Positions 1 through 9,377 of a stretch of DNA of 64,000 nucleotides are shown here, piece after piece. Origin of the DNA: an uncultured Methylomirabilota bacterium (GTDB lineage: Bacteria > Methylomirabilota > Methylomirabilia > Methylomirabilales > 2-02-FULL-66-22); NCBI GenBank assembly GCA_963845565.1, contig CAWJSJ010000002.1, positions 928,001 through 992,000 on the forward strand, given 5' to 3'. Position numbers and translations under genes: made by a program. Position 1 is the first letter of the stretch. Each line of letters opens with the position of its first letter. A model generated the notes under the pieces. The model was not told where the DNA came from. It saw only the letters and a program-made list of their open reading frames with translations, and ran no database searches.

Positions 1-586
1 TTTCCAGGCGGAGTACGCCGACCTGCGAGAGGCCGATCCCGGCGATGCCTGCGCGAAATGCGGGGCGCCTTTGGCGGTCGAGCGCGTGATCGAGATCGGG
101 AACATTTTCCGGCTGGGCACCAAGTACTCGGTGCCCCTGGGGGCGCTCTACCTGGACGAGCAAGGACAGGAGCAGCCCATCGTGATGGGCAGCTACGGCA
201 TCGGTCCGGCCCGCATCGCGGCGGCTGCCATCGAGCAGAACCACGACAAGGACGGAATGATCTGGCCGGAAACGATCGCCCCGTTCGATGTCCATCTGCT
301 GGTGGTCAACGTCAAGGACGCGAAGATGGCCGGGATGGCCGACGAGGTGTACGGCGCCCTCACGGCGGCCGGCGTGGACGTCCTGTATGACGACCGGGAC
401 GAACGGGGCGGCGTGAAGTTCAAGGACGCCGACCTGCTTGGCTTCCCCCTGCGGGTCACGGTCGGGAGCCGGGCCCTGAAAGACGGCGTGATAGAGGTGC
501 GACGCCGGCGGACGGGCGAGGTGAGCACTGTCGCCCCGGCGGACCTCCCGGGCCACGTCCGAGGCCTGCTGGGGCGGTCCGCGTGA
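1..586 (+). CDS. proS: Prolyl-tRNA synthetase, C-terminal part (5' truncated by window)
   Basis: IEIGNIFRLGTKYS, MGSYGIG motif 3, YDDRDERGGVKFKDADLLGFP anticodon-binding domain. Confidence 0.97.
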   Translation, partial: FQAEYADLREADPGDACAKCGAPLAVERVIEIGNIFRLGTKYSVPLGALYLDEQGQEQPIVMGSYGIGPARIAAAAIEQNHDKDGMIWPETIAPFDVHLLVVNVKDAKMAGMADEVYGALTAAGVDVLYDDRDERGGVKFKDADLLGFPLRVTVGSRALKDGVIEVRRRRTGEVSTVAPADLPGHVRGLLGRSA

Positions 587-1098
587 GCCCAGCCGGCGCC
601 GGTCGGTCCGTGCTCTGGCGCTGGGGGCCGCTGGTGGTCTGGATGGCGGCGATCAGCACGTTCTCCACGGACGCCTTCTCTGCCGAGGAGACCGGCGGGC
701 TCCTCGAGCCCGTCCTGCGGTGGCTGATCCCGACGATTTCGGCCGCAGGGGTGGAGGCGGCGCACGTCGCCATCCGCAAGGCGGCGCACGTCGCCGAGTT
801 TGCTCTTCTGGGCCTTCTCTGGTACCGGAGTCTGGCCTGGGGTTCGCGCGGCTGGCAGCCGCGCACGGCCCTGGCGGCCTTCGGTCTCAGCGTGCTATAC
901 GCCGGGCTGGATGAGGCGCATCAGGCGTTCGTGGCGACGCGGACGGCCAGTCTCCTCGACGTAGCCTGGGACAGTGCGGGCGCCCTGTTCGGCGTCGGCG
1001 GGAGCGGCGTGTTGTGGGGATGGGTAGGGTCCAGGAGAACGCTCAACGCCTCGCAGGGTCGGCCCGCGAGGCGTATCGAGGTTTCCGAGCGCGATTAG
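583..1098 (+). CDS. VanZ family membrane protein
   Basis: RKAAHVAEFALLG and DEAHQAFVATRTAS..DV..D motifs typical of VanZ. Confidence 0.88.
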   Translation: MSPAGAGRSVLWRWGPLVVWMAAISTFSTDAFSAEETGGLLEPVLRWLIPTISAAGVEAAHVAIRKAAHVAEFALLGLLWYRSLAWGSRGWQPRTALAAFGLSVLYAGLDEAHQAFVATRTASLLDVAWDSAGALFGVGGSGVLWGWVGSRRTLNASQGRPARRIEVSERD

Positions 1099-1104
1099 GA
1101 GCCG

Positions 1105-1401
1105 TTAGGTTTCGGACTTTGTGGCGGTCGTGCTCGTGCTGGAGGTGGTCGAGGAGGATTCGGTAGCCTTGCTGCCGTTCGCCTTGCCGTCTCCGTCGGC
1201 TTTTTGGGCTTTCTTCCGGTCCGCGCTGGCGTAGTCCGTGACGTACCAGCCCGATCCCTTGAAGACGAGGGCAGGTGCGGAGAGCACCTTGTGGACCGCC
1301 CCCCCGCACGTGGGGCACTTCTTCACGGGCTTGTCGCTGAACTTCTGCATGAGTTCGAACCGCTCGTCGCAGGAGTCGCACTCATATTCGTAGATCGGCA
1401 C
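1105..1401 (-). CDS. FmdB family zinc-ribbon protein
   Basis: GTG start after AAGGAGG; PIYEYECDSC...CPTCGG...FKGSGWYVTDY. Confidence 0.92.
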   Translation of the reverse strand: MPIYEYECDSCDERFELMQKFSDKPVKKCPTCGGAVHKVLSAPALVFKGSGWYVTDYASADRKKAQKADGDGKANGSKATESSSTTSSTSTTATKSET

Positions 1402-1438
1402 GTAGATCACCCTCCTTTGCCGGACACAGCCGGAATTG

Positions 1439-1467
1439 ACGATATGGGACAAGCCGGAATTTGTCAA
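1439..1467 (-). promoter_or_regulatory. sigma70-type promoter for the FmdB gene
   Basis: TTGACA-17 nt-TATCGT on minus strand. Confidence 0.6.
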
Positions 1468-1478
1468 GGGTTTTGACG

Positions 1479-1506
1479 TTGACAAGCCGCCCGGTTCGGA
1501 TAATAT
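1479..1506 (+). promoter_or_regulatory. sigma70-type promoter for the yicC operon
   Basis: TTGACA-16 nt-TAATAT, back-to-back with the divergent promoter. Confidence 0.5.
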
Positions 1507-1570
1507 AGTCTGTCATTTCAGTAGGTTGGGAGGCCGTACGAGCACCAGCGGATCGAGTCCACGGCAGAGC

Positions 1571-2437
1571 ATGACCGGCTTCGGCCGGGGGGAAGCGGCG
1601 CGGCAGGGTCGAGCCTATACGGTCGAGATCCAGTCCGTCAACCACCGGTTTCTGGAGGTCCGCTGTCGTCTGCCCAAACGACTGGCCGGGCTGGAGCCGC
1701 GCGTGCAGCGGGCGGTACAGCAGCGGTTTGCCCGCGGCCACTTCGAGGTCTCGGTCCAGGAGAAGGATCTGGAGGGGCGGGCCAGGACTCTGAAGGTGGA
1801 TCTGCCCCTGGCGAGGCAGTACGTTGAGCTGCTGCGCGCCCTCCAGCGGGAAATGGATCTCCCGGGACAGGTCACGCTCGAGATGCTGGCAGGCCAGCGG
1901 GAATTGATCTCGGTCGAGGAGTCCGAAGAGACCGTCGAGGAGGTCTGGGCGGACCTGGAGCCGGCGCTGGCCGGCGCCCTGGACGGCCTGGCAGCCATGC
2001 GCTGCCAGGAGGGCGCCGCCCTCGTCGAGGCGCTCCGGCGCCACCTGGACGAGATCGAGGAAGTCCTCGGCGGGGTGCTGGGGCGGACCGCCGACCTCGT
2101 CGCGACCCACCGGACCCGCCTGCGAGAGCGCGTGGCGGATCTCCTGGACGGGCGTCTGCCGGACCCGCTCCGTCTGGAGCAGGAGGTGGCCCTGCTGGCC
2201 GACCGGGGCGATGTCGCGGAGGAATGCGATCGGCTGCGAAGTCACTTGCACCAATTCCGGGATACGCTGGGGCAGGCCGGCCCGCAGGGACGACGCCTGG
2301 ACTTTCTCCTCCAGGAGATGAACCGCGAAGCGAACACCATCGGGTCGAAAGCCGCCGACGCCGGGCTGGCCCGAGACGTGGTGGAACTGAAGACCGCCAT
2401 CGAGCGATTGCGCGAGCAGGTGCAGAACCTGGAATAG
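1571..2437 (+). CDS. yicC: YicC/YloC family endoribonuclease
   Basis: MTGFGR, SVNHRFLE, GRRLDFLLQEMNREANTIGSK, REQVQNLE. Confidence 0.95.
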   Translation: MTGFGRGEAARQGRAYTVEIQSVNHRFLEVRCRLPKRLAGLEPRVQRAVQQRFARGHFEVSVQEKDLEGRARTLKVDLPLARQYVELLRALQREMDLPGQVTLEMLAGQRELISVEESEETVEEVWADLEPALAGALDGLAAMRCQEGAALVEALRRHLDEIEEVLGGVLGRTADLVATHRTRLRERVADLLDGRLPDPLRLEQEVALLADRGDVAEECDRLRSHLHQFRDTLGQAGPQGRRLDFLLQEMNREANTIGSKAADAGLARDVVELKTAIERLREQVQNLE

Positions 2438-2482
2438 CCGCCGGGCGGCGGCCGCACGACGACCGACCGGCGAGGGGTTGCC

Positions 2483-2782
2483 GTGAGCGCGGTGCCCATC
2501 GAGATTCTCAATGTCGGGTTCGGCAACGTCGTCCTCGGCGCCCGGATCGTGGCGATCCTGAGCGCGCGGTCCTCCAAGGACTCGAAGGCCGTGTTCTCGG
2601 AGCCGATGAAGCGGCTGCGGGATGACGCGAAGGCGGCAGGGCGGCTGGTGGACGCCACCTGCGGCCGCCGGACCCAGACCCTGATCGTGACCGACAGCGG
2701 CCACGTGGTCCTGTCCGCCGTCCAGTCCGGTACGCTGGCCCAGCGGCTCGGCGGATCCGAGGAGGCTCGAGCCGTTCCGTGA
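2483..2782 (+). CDS. remA: RemA/DUF370 family regulator
   Basis: LNVGFGNVV..RIVAIL, LVDATCGRRTQTLIVTDSGHVVLSA; usual position between yicC and gmk. Confidence 0.9.
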   Translation: MSAVPIEILNVGFGNVVLGARIVAILSARSSKDSKAVFSEPMKRLRDDAKAAGRLVDATCGRRTQTLIVTDSGHVVLSAVQSGTLAQRLGGSEEARAVP

Positions 2783-3414
2783 GTCCGTCCGACGCAGTCC
2801 TCGCCGGTCCCGGAACCGCCTCGCGGCGGATGTTACTGGTGGTGTCGGCGCCGTCCGGAGCCGGGAAGACCTCCCTGTGCGAGTGGGCGGTGTCGGCGGT
2901 CCCGGACCTGGTCCACTCGGTCTCGCACACGACGCGGGCGCCTCGGCCCCACGAGGTCGCGGGCCGCGACTATCACTTCGTGGACGTGCCGACCTTCCGG
3001 GCCATGGTGGAGCGGGGCGAGTTCGCGGAATGGGCCGAGGTGTACGGCAACCTGTACGGAACCTCGCAGGCCGTCCTGGAGGAATACTTCGCGGCGGGCC
3101 GGGACGCGATTCTGGACATCGATACCCGCGGAGCGTCGATCCTGCGGGCCAGCCACCCGGCGGGGGTGTTCGTTTTCATCGTCCCCCCGTCCTGGGCGGT
3201 TCTGGAACAGCGGCTGCGGTTGCGGCACAGCGACGCCGAAGCGGACATCCGGCGGCGCCTGGCTCGTGCGCGGGAGGAGGTCCGGCATTACGCGGAGTAT
3301 CAGTACGTCATCGTGAACGATGACTTCGCCCGGGCCGCCGAGGAGTTGCGGGCCATCATTCTGGCCGAGCGCCGGCGGAGCACCCGGGTCGAGATGGGGT
3401 TCTTGGAGACCTGA
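2779..3414 (+). CDS. gmk: Guanylate kinase
   Basis: SAPSGAGKTS P-loop, SVSHTTRAPR, DYHFV, GNLYGT. Confidence 0.97.
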   Translation: MSPSDAVLAGPGTASRRMLLVVSAPSGAGKTSLCEWAVSAVPDLVHSVSHTTRAPRPHEVAGRDYHFVDVPTFRAMVERGEFAEWAEVYGNLYGTSQAVLEEYFAAGRDAILDIDTRGASILRASHPAGVFVFIVPPSWAVLEQRLRLRHSDAEADIRRRLARAREEVRHYAEYQYVIVNDDFARAAEELRAIILAERRRSTRVEMGFLET

Positions 3415-3456
3415 GCCGGCGCGTCAGCGCAGGATCGGGTAGAGAGGAGACGGGGG

Positions 3457-3903
3457 ATGGCACAGGTGCCGATCGAGGACATCATGGAGCACGTGGACAG
3501 CAAGTACCGGCTGGTGATCGTGGCCGCCAAGCGGGCGAAGCAGCTCAACCGGGGCGCCGTCGGGTTGACCCAACCGCGCAGCCTCAAGCCGACATATCAG
3601 GCGCTGGAAGAGATGGCCACCGGCAAGCTCGGCTACGAGGTGGAAAACCTGGCCGGCGAAGCGGCACGCGAGGTCGAACCCGGGGCGAAGCCGACCTGGT
3701 ATCGCAGTCTGAGCGCTGAAGAGGTGGTGCCGGACGAGGCGGTGGCCGAGGCCGAGGAGCAGTTCGAGGAAGAGGAGGCCCCGGCGGAGGCCCCGATCGC
3801 CGGCGCCGCGGCCGAGGACCTGCTCATGAACGAGTTCGAGGAGGAGAGCCTGGAAGAGCTGGGCGACCTCGAGGTGATCGAGCCCGAAGACAGGGAAGAA
3901 TAG
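3457..3903 (+). CDS. rpoZ: RNA polymerase omega subunit with acidic C-terminal extension
   Basis: [17 protein letters not shown]...[10 protein letters not shown]; follows gmk. Confidence 0.93.
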   Translation: MAQVPIEDIMEHVDSKYRLVIVAAKRAKQLNRGAVGLTQPRSLKPTYQALEEMATGKLGYEVENLAGEAAREVEPGAKPTWYRSLSAEEVVPDEAVAEAEEQFEEEEAPAEAPIAGAAAEDLLMNEFEEESLEELGDLEVIEPEDREE

Positions 3904-3924
3904 GCCCGGAACGGCAGGTGACCC

Positions 3925-4599
3925 GTGATCCCCATCCTGTCCGTGGTTGGCCGGTCCAACAGCGGGAAGACCACGCTGCTGGAAAAACTGATCCGAGAGC
4001 TGGCGCGACGCGGGCGGCACGTCGGGACGATCAAGCACCACTTCCATGGCCCCGTGACGGTGGACGTCCCGGGGAAGGATTCCTGGCGGCACCGAGAGGC
4101 CGGGGCGCGGGCGGTCGCCCTGGTTTCGCCCGAGACGTTCTTCGTCGTTCGCGACACCCCGGGGGGACTCTCCCCGGAGGCCATCGCCCATCTGACGATG
4201 TTCGGGATGGATCTCGTCCTCACCGAGGGATTCAAATCCGGCGCCCTGCCCAAGATCGAAGTCAACCGACAGGCCCAGCAGTCCCCCCTCCTGTGCGGCC
4301 CGGCGGATCGCCTGGTGGCGGTGGCCGCGGATTGGGACACCGGGGCGCCCGTGCCGCACTTCGGGCTGGAAGAGATCGCTCCCCTGGCCGATTTCGTCGA
4401 GCGCGAGTATCCGGCACCCAGCGCCGGCCCGGCGCCGGAGCTGCTCGTCGGCGGACGCCGGGTCGCCCTGAATGCCGAGGCCGCGCAGGCGCTGGGCCGC
4501 GCGGTTCACGACCTGGTCGGAGACTCCCAGGACCTGTCCGACGGGCCGACGATAGAGCTGCGAATCCCCGGCCGGTCAGGGCACCTCGCGCGGCCATGA
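3925..4599 (+). CDS. mobB: Molybdopterin-guanine dinucleotide biosynthesis protein B
   Basis: VVGRSNSGKTTLLEKL, IKHH, GKDSWRHREAGA, EGFK. Confidence 0.93.
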   Translation: MIPILSVVGRSNSGKTTLLEKLIRELARRGRHVGTIKHHFHGPVTVDVPGKDSWRHREAGARAVALVSPETFFVVRDTPGGLSPEAIAHLTMFGMDLVLTEGFKSGALPKIEVNRQAQQSPLLCGPADRLVAVAADWDTGAPVPHFGLEEIAPLADFVEREYPAPSAGPAPELLVGGRRVALNAEAAQALGRAVHDLVGDSQDLSDGPTIELRIPGRSGHLARP

Positions 4600-5201
4600 C
4601 CGGGGCGATCCTGGCGGGCGGCCGCTCGCAGCGGATGGGCCGCGACAAGGGGTTGCTGTCGGTCGGTGGTCGCACGCTCATCCAGGTCGCGCTGGACACG
4701 ATCCGTCCGCTGTTCCCGCACGTCCTGATCGTCGCCAACGATCCGGTTGCGTACGGATCCTTCGGGGTTCCGGTGGAGCGCGATCGCATCCCGGACCAGG
4801 GTCCCCTGGGCGGCATTCACGCCGCCCTCTCCGCGAGCCGCACGGACCACACCTTCTGCCTCGCCTGCGACATGCCCTTGGCGAACCCTGCGGTGATCGA
4901 GCATCTGTGCGCGCTCGCGCCGGGACACGACGTCGTGGTGCCGGTCACCGCCGCCGGCTTTGAGCCACTGCACGCGGTCTACGGCCGATCCTGTCTGCCG
5001 CATCTCGAGCGGATGTTGCGGGACGGCCGCCTCCGCGTGGATACGCTGTTCTCGGCCGTGCGGACGCATCGGGTCGGGACGGAGGCGCTGCGCGCGCTGG
5101 ACCCGACATTCCAATCCTTCTTCAACGTGAACACTCCGGCGGATCTGGAGACCGCCCGCGGAATCCTCGACCGCGGTGGGGAGGCGCCATGCGCATCCTG
5201 A
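4596..5201 (+). CDS. mobA: Molybdenum cofactor guanylyltransferase
   Basis: ILAGGRSQRMGRDK, GPLGGI, ACDMP, FFNVNTP. Confidence 0.93.
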   Translation: MTGAILAGGRSQRMGRDKGLLSVGGRTLIQVALDTIRPLFPHVLIVANDPVAYGSFGVPVERDRIPDQGPLGGIHAALSASRTDHTFCLACDMPLANPAVIEHLCALAPGHDVVVPVTAAGFEPLHAVYGRSCLPHLERMLRDGRLRVDTLFSAVRTHRVGTEALRALDPTFQSFFNVNTPADLETARGILDRGGEAPCAS

Positions 5202-6460
5202 GGGCCCGCTGGCTCTTCCCCGTCGCCACGCCCCCGATCGCAGACGGGGCGGTGGCGGTCGAGGCCGGCCGGATCGTCGGCGTGGGCGCGCGGGCGGACG
5301 TGGAAGCGGCCTGGCCCGACGCGCCGGGGTGGGACCTGGGGGACACGGCGCTCCTGCCCGGCCTGGTGAACTGCCACACGCATCTGGAGATCGGCCCCCT
5401 CCCGCCGGAGGCATCGCCGGAATCGTTTGTGCCCTGGGTGGTCCGTCTGATCGAGGCCCGGCGGGCGACGTCGGACACGGCGCAGGCGCGGACGGCGGAG
5501 GCAGGCGTGCAGGCGCTGCTGCGATCCGGCACGACGGCGGTGGGCGAGGTGAGCACGGCGGGGCAGAGCCTGTTGCCGCTCCTCCGGGCAGGGCTGCGAG
5601 GGGTGGTCTACCGAGAGGTCCTGGGCCTGGCGCCGGAGGCCGCGGCGGACCGGCTGGCGGGCGCCCGGGCCGACACGCAGGCCATGCGGGCAACCGCAGA
5701 CGGGAGCCTTCTTACCATCGGGCTCTCGCCGCATAGCCCCTACGCCCTCTCGGAGGAGCTCCTCCGCGGCTGCGCCGGACTGGTGGCGCGGACCGGTGTC
5801 GCCCCGGCGATCCACGCTGCGGAATCGCCGGAGGAGTCGGAGTTTCTGACGACGGGCGAGGGGCCGATCCTCCGGTCCCTCTACCCGGCCGTCGGGTGTC
5901 TCGACCCGCCGCCCCGCGGCCGCGCCCGGAGCGTCGTGGCCTACCTGGCCGGCCTGGGCGTCCTGGCGTGGCGGCCGCTCCTCGTCCACGCGGTGCACGT
6001 GGACGAGGCCGACTGCCGGACGATGACCCGTGGCGGCGTCCGGGTGGCGCATTGCCCGCGGAGCAACGCGCGGCTGTCGCGCGGGGTGGCACCGGTCCCG
6101 CGCCTGCTGGAACACGGCATCCCGGTGGGGCTCGGGACCGATTCTCTGGCCAGCGCATCCAGCCTGGACTTGTGGGACGAGATGCGCGCGGCCCTGGCGG
6201 CGCACGCGGGCCGGCTGGACCCGTCGGCCGCACTGGAGATGGGGACGTTGGGCGGGGCGCGGGCCCTCGGCATGGCGGATCGGGTGGGGAGCCTGGAGGC
6301 GGGCAAGGACGCCGACCTCATCGCCGTGGCTGCCAGGGGCGTCCGCGCGGCCGATCCGGTCGGGTCGCTGGTGGCGGAGGTGCAGGGAGAGGATGTGCTC
6401 CTCTCCCTGATCGCCGGGGAGATCCGGTACAACCGCACCGAGGTGGTTGCATGCGCCTGA
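5189..6460 (+). CDS. Metal-dependent amidohydrolase, probable aminodeoxyfutalosine deaminase
   Basis: PGLVNCHTHLE, SPHSPY, HAAES..E, HCPRSN, LGTDSLAS; overlaps mqnA. Confidence 0.75.
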   Translation: MRILRARWLFPVATPPIADGAVAVEAGRIVGVGARADVEAAWPDAPGWDLGDTALLPGLVNCHTHLEIGPLPPEASPESFVPWVVRLIEARRATSDTAQARTAEAGVQALLRSGTTAVGEVSTAGQSLLPLLRAGLRGVVYREVLGLAPEAAADRLAGARADTQAMRATADGSLLTIGLSPHSPYALSEELLRGCAGLVARTGVAPAIHAAESPEESEFLTTGEGPILRSLYPAVGCLDPPPRGRARSVVAYLAGLGVLAWRPLLVHAVHVDEADCRTMTRGGVRVAHCPRSNARLSRGVAPVPRLLEHGIPVGLGTDSLASASSLDLWDEMRAALAAHAGRLDPSAALEMGTLGGARALGMADRVGSLEAGKDADLIAVAARGVRAADPVGSLVAEVQGEDVLLSLIAGEIRYNRTEVVACA

Positions 6461-7257
6461 AGCTGGGTCGCGTTCGCTACATCAACTGTGAGCCGGTGTA
6501 CCATGCCCTGGAGCACGGGCCGGTGTCCGCCGACTGCGACATCACCGATGGGACGCCGGCGGACCTGAACGCCCGCCTGCGAGCCGGCGACCTGGACGTC
6601 TCGGTCGTCTCGGCGATGGAGCCGGCGCTCCGGCCGGAGGCCTACCGGCTTCTTCCCGACCTGGCGATCGCCTGTGACGGCCCGGTGGAAAGCGTGCTCC
6701 TGGTGAGTCGGCGCCCGCCCGAGGAGCTGGACGGGCGACTGGTGGCCCTGAGCCGCCATTCGCTCACCTCGGTGTACCTGGTGAAGCTTCTGCTGGAGAA
6801 GGCCTACCGGGTGCGCCCGCGGTATGTCCAGGACGACCGGGCCGCCGAGGCGGAGGCACGGCTCGTCATCGGGGACGAGGCGCTCCGCCTGGGCCCGCAA
6901 TTCCCCCACAGCGTGGACCTGGGCGCCGCGTGGTACACACTCACCGGGTTGCCGTTCGTCTTCGCGGTCTGGGCGGTGCGCAGGGAGGTCTGGGCCTCGG
7001 CCGCGCCGGCGGTCCGCGCGGTCCACGGCGCGCTCTTGGCGGCCAAGGCGCATACCCGGATGCACCCCGAGACGATGCTGGCCCTGGCGCAGGCGCGTGT
7101 CGGCCTGCCGGCCGACGCGTGTCGGCGCTATCTCCGCGAGCGGCTCTGTTTCGACCTCGGGCCGCGCCATCTGGAGGGGCTGCGGACGTTCCTGGCAATG
7201 CTGACGGAGGCCGGGGTGCTGGCGCAGGCGCCCCGGCTGCAGTTCATCGAGACCTGA
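6451..7257 (+). CDS. mqnA: Chorismate dehydratase (futalosine menaquinone pathway)
   Basis: GRVRYINCEPVY, DGPVESVLL, SLTSVYL, LVIGDEAL, DLGAAWYTLTGLPFVFAVW. Confidence 0.9.
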   Translation: MRLKLGRVRYINCEPVYHALEHGPVSADCDITDGTPADLNARLRAGDLDVSVVSAMEPALRPEAYRLLPDLAIACDGPVESVLLVSRRPPEELDGRLVALSRHSLTSVYLVKLLLEKAYRVRPRYVQDDRAAEAEARLVIGDEALRLGPQFPHSVDLGAAWYTLTGLPFVFAVWAVRREVWASAAPAVRAVHGALLAAKAHTRMHPETMLALAQARVGLPADACRRYLRERLCFDLGPRHLEGLRTFLAMLTEAGVLAQAPRLQFIET

Positions 7258-7269
7258 AACCCGAGGAGG

Positions 7270-8091
7270 ATGCCCGTGGCCGACGCGGATCTCCGCTTCA
7301 TTCACGTGTCCGACTTGCACATCCTGGGCGATGGGGAGCGGCGGCAGCACGGGGTGGACACGGGCGCCGTGCTCCGGCAGGCGATCCCCATGATCAACCG
7401 GTTGCGGCCGGACTTCGTCGTGGCCGGCGGGGACCTGGTCGGCGACGAGTCGGTGGAGTCGTATCGGCGGCTCCAGGCGCTGCTCCAGCCGCTGGAGGCG
7501 CCGATCCATCTGGGGATGGGGAATCACGATTCGCGCGGCGCCTTCCGGCGGGTCTTCCAGCCGAAAGCCCCCGCCACGGCCGACCCGGTCTGCGAGGCGT
7601 TCGAGCAGGGAGGAATGCGGTTTCTCCTCCTGGATTCGACACTGCCCGGAAAGGAGGAAGGGCGACTCCCTCCGGAACAGCTCGACTGGTTGGAGGCAGA
7701 GCTCGCCGATCACCCCGCGCGGCCGACCTGGGTCTTCCTCCACCATCAGCCGTTGCCGATCTTCATCCGCTGGCTGGATCGGATCGGCCTGCAGAATCCC
7801 GACCCGTTCCTCGCCATCCTGGCCCGGCACCCGCAGGTGCAGGGCGTGGCCTACGGTCACGTCCATCAGGCGCGGTGCTGGCGTCATGGCAAGATCCTCT
7901 TCGTCGGCACGCCCGCCCTGGCGTTCCAGTTCTCGGCCATCAACCAGGAGATGGAGATCGCGCAGGAATCGCCGGGGTTCCGGCTGGTGGAGGTGGTTGG
8001 CCGGGACACCCGCCAGTGGCTGCACTACCTGGACGGCCGTGTGGTGCCGGAACCCCAGCTGAAGGCCCTCCCCGTCTATGTGCGGGGATAA
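7270..8091 (+). CDS. Metallophosphoesterase (CpdA/GpdQ-like phosphodiesterase)
   Basis: SDLH, GGDL, GNHD, HH, GHVH calcineurin-like motifs. Confidence 0.9.
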   Translation: MPVADADLRFIHVSDLHILGDGERRQHGVDTGAVLRQAIPMINRLRPDFVVAGGDLVGDESVESYRRLQALLQPLEAPIHLGMGNHDSRGAFRRVFQPKAPATADPVCEAFEQGGMRFLLLDSTLPGKEEGRLPPEQLDWLEAELADHPARPTWVFLHHQPLPIFIRWLDRIGLQNPDPFLAILARHPQVQGVAYGHVHQARCWRHGKILFVGTPALAFQFSAINQEMEIAQESPGFRLVEVVGRDTRQWLHYLDGRVVPEPQLKALPVYVRG

Positions 8092-8193
8092 GCCGTTGTC
8101 AAAGAATACGGTGACCAGGGAAATTCTGGAAACGGCATAAGGAGCCGTAACGAAATTATCAAGACGATCAAGTGATTTCGTAACGGCTCCTAA
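8091..8193 (+). repeat. Double-hairpin intergenic repeat, copy 1
   Basis: Blocks AGCCGTTGTCAAAGAAT, GAAACGGCATAAGGAGCCGTAACGAAAT and ATTTCGTAACGGCTCCTAA shared with 30856-30959 (inverted). Confidence 0.85.
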
Positions 8194-8227
8194 GGGCGGG
8201 ACGCGCGCGAGAGACAAGGAGACGGCG

Positions 8228-9250
8228 ATGCGCGAAGGCCTTTTCAGGTACCTGCCGGGACTTGCCATGGTCGCGGCGATCGGCGCCCCCGCGCTGATGC
8301 TGCAGAGCCGGCTCACGGTCAGCGGCAAGACGGTGGTGAGCGCGGTGGCGGTGGCGATCGTCCTGGGGGTGCTGATCCGAAATCTCTGGGGGCTCGCCGA
8401 GGCGTGCAAGCCGGGTGTGAGCTTCGCCGTCAAGCGGCTGCTCCGGGTCGGCATTGCCCTCCTCGGGGCGCAGTTGAGCCTGGGCCAAGTGCTGCGGACC
8501 GGGGCCACGGCAGTGCTCGTGGTCGCGATCTGCATCGTCCTGGCGATCCTGGTGGTCCGGTTCCTGAGCACCCGCATGGGTCTGTCGGACCGGCTCGGGA
8601 CGCTGCTGGGCGTCGGCACGTCCATCTGCGGCGTGTCCGCCATCGTGGCCACCGCCCCGGCGATCGAGGCCAAGCAGGAAGAGACCTCGATGGCCGTGGC
8701 CACCATCACCGTCTTCGGCCTCCTGGCGGTGGTCGTCTATCCGCTCCTCGGGAGAGCGCTCGGCCTCTCGGATGTCGTCTTCGGGACCTGGGCCGGCACG
8801 GCGGTCAACGATACCAGCCAGGTGATCGCCGCGGGGCTGATCTACAGCCAGACGGCCGGCGAGGTTGCGACGGTCGTGAAGCTCACCCGCAATCTCTTCA
8901 TGGCGCCGGTGATCGTCGTGCTGAGCTCCTGGTATCTTCGGAAGGGTCAGGGGTCAGGTGTCAGAAGTCCGAAGGGGATCTCGCTGAAAAACGTGGTGCC
9001 GGGGTTCGTCCTGGGGTTCGTGGCCATGGCAGTCCTGAATTCGCTCGGGATCTTCCCGCCGATGGCCCTGGACCTCATCAGGACCGCGTCGTCCTGGCTC
9101 ATCGTCGTCGCCCTGGCCGGGGTCGGCCTGGAGACCAACCTGGCGAGCCTCAAGGCCATCGGGTTTCGGCCGTTCTACGCGGGGCTCTGCGCCGCGAGTT
9201 TCATGGCCGCGGTGAGCTTTGGCCTCATCTCGTTGTTCGGGATCGGTTAA
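8228..9250 (+). CDS. YeiH/UPF0324 putative sulfate exporter family membrane protein
   Basis: GTSICGVSAI, GTAVNDTSQV, VKLTRN; multiple TM helices. Confidence 0.92.
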   Translation: MREGLFRYLPGLAMVAAIGAPALMLQSRLTVSGKTVVSAVAVAIVLGVLIRNLWGLAEACKPGVSFAVKRLLRVGIALLGAQLSLGQVLRTGATAVLVVAICIVLAILVVRFLSTRMGLSDRLGTLLGVGTSICGVSAIVATAPAIEAKQEETSMAVATITVFGLLAVVVYPLLGRALGLSDVVFGTWAGTAVNDTSQVIAAGLIYSQTAGEVATVVKLTRNLFMAPVIVVLSSWYLRKGQGSGVRSPKGISLKNVVPGFVLGFVAMAVLNSLGIFPPMALDLIRTASSWLIVVALAGVGLETNLASLKAIGFRPFYAGLCAASFMAAVSFGLISLFGIG

Positions 9251-9377
9251 GCGAACGCGAGCCGCCACTCGCCAAGGTTCGAATCGCTGAGCCGTTGGTC
9301 TGTTTAGCTTGACCCCATTCTGCAGCCTTGCTATACAAGACAGATTGCAGCGAATGCCTACAAAAGGAGGTACGATC

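Noticed and set aside
1493..1520. dif-like site GGTTCGGATAA-TATAGT-CTGTCATTTCA
   Set aside because: The XerD arm does not match TTATGTTAAAT; better explained as a promoter -10 region.
5941..8709. 922-aa minus-strand ORF and many other long overlapping or antisense ORFs
   Set aside because: Shadow frames of well-supported genes in high-GC DNA, with no recognisable motifs.
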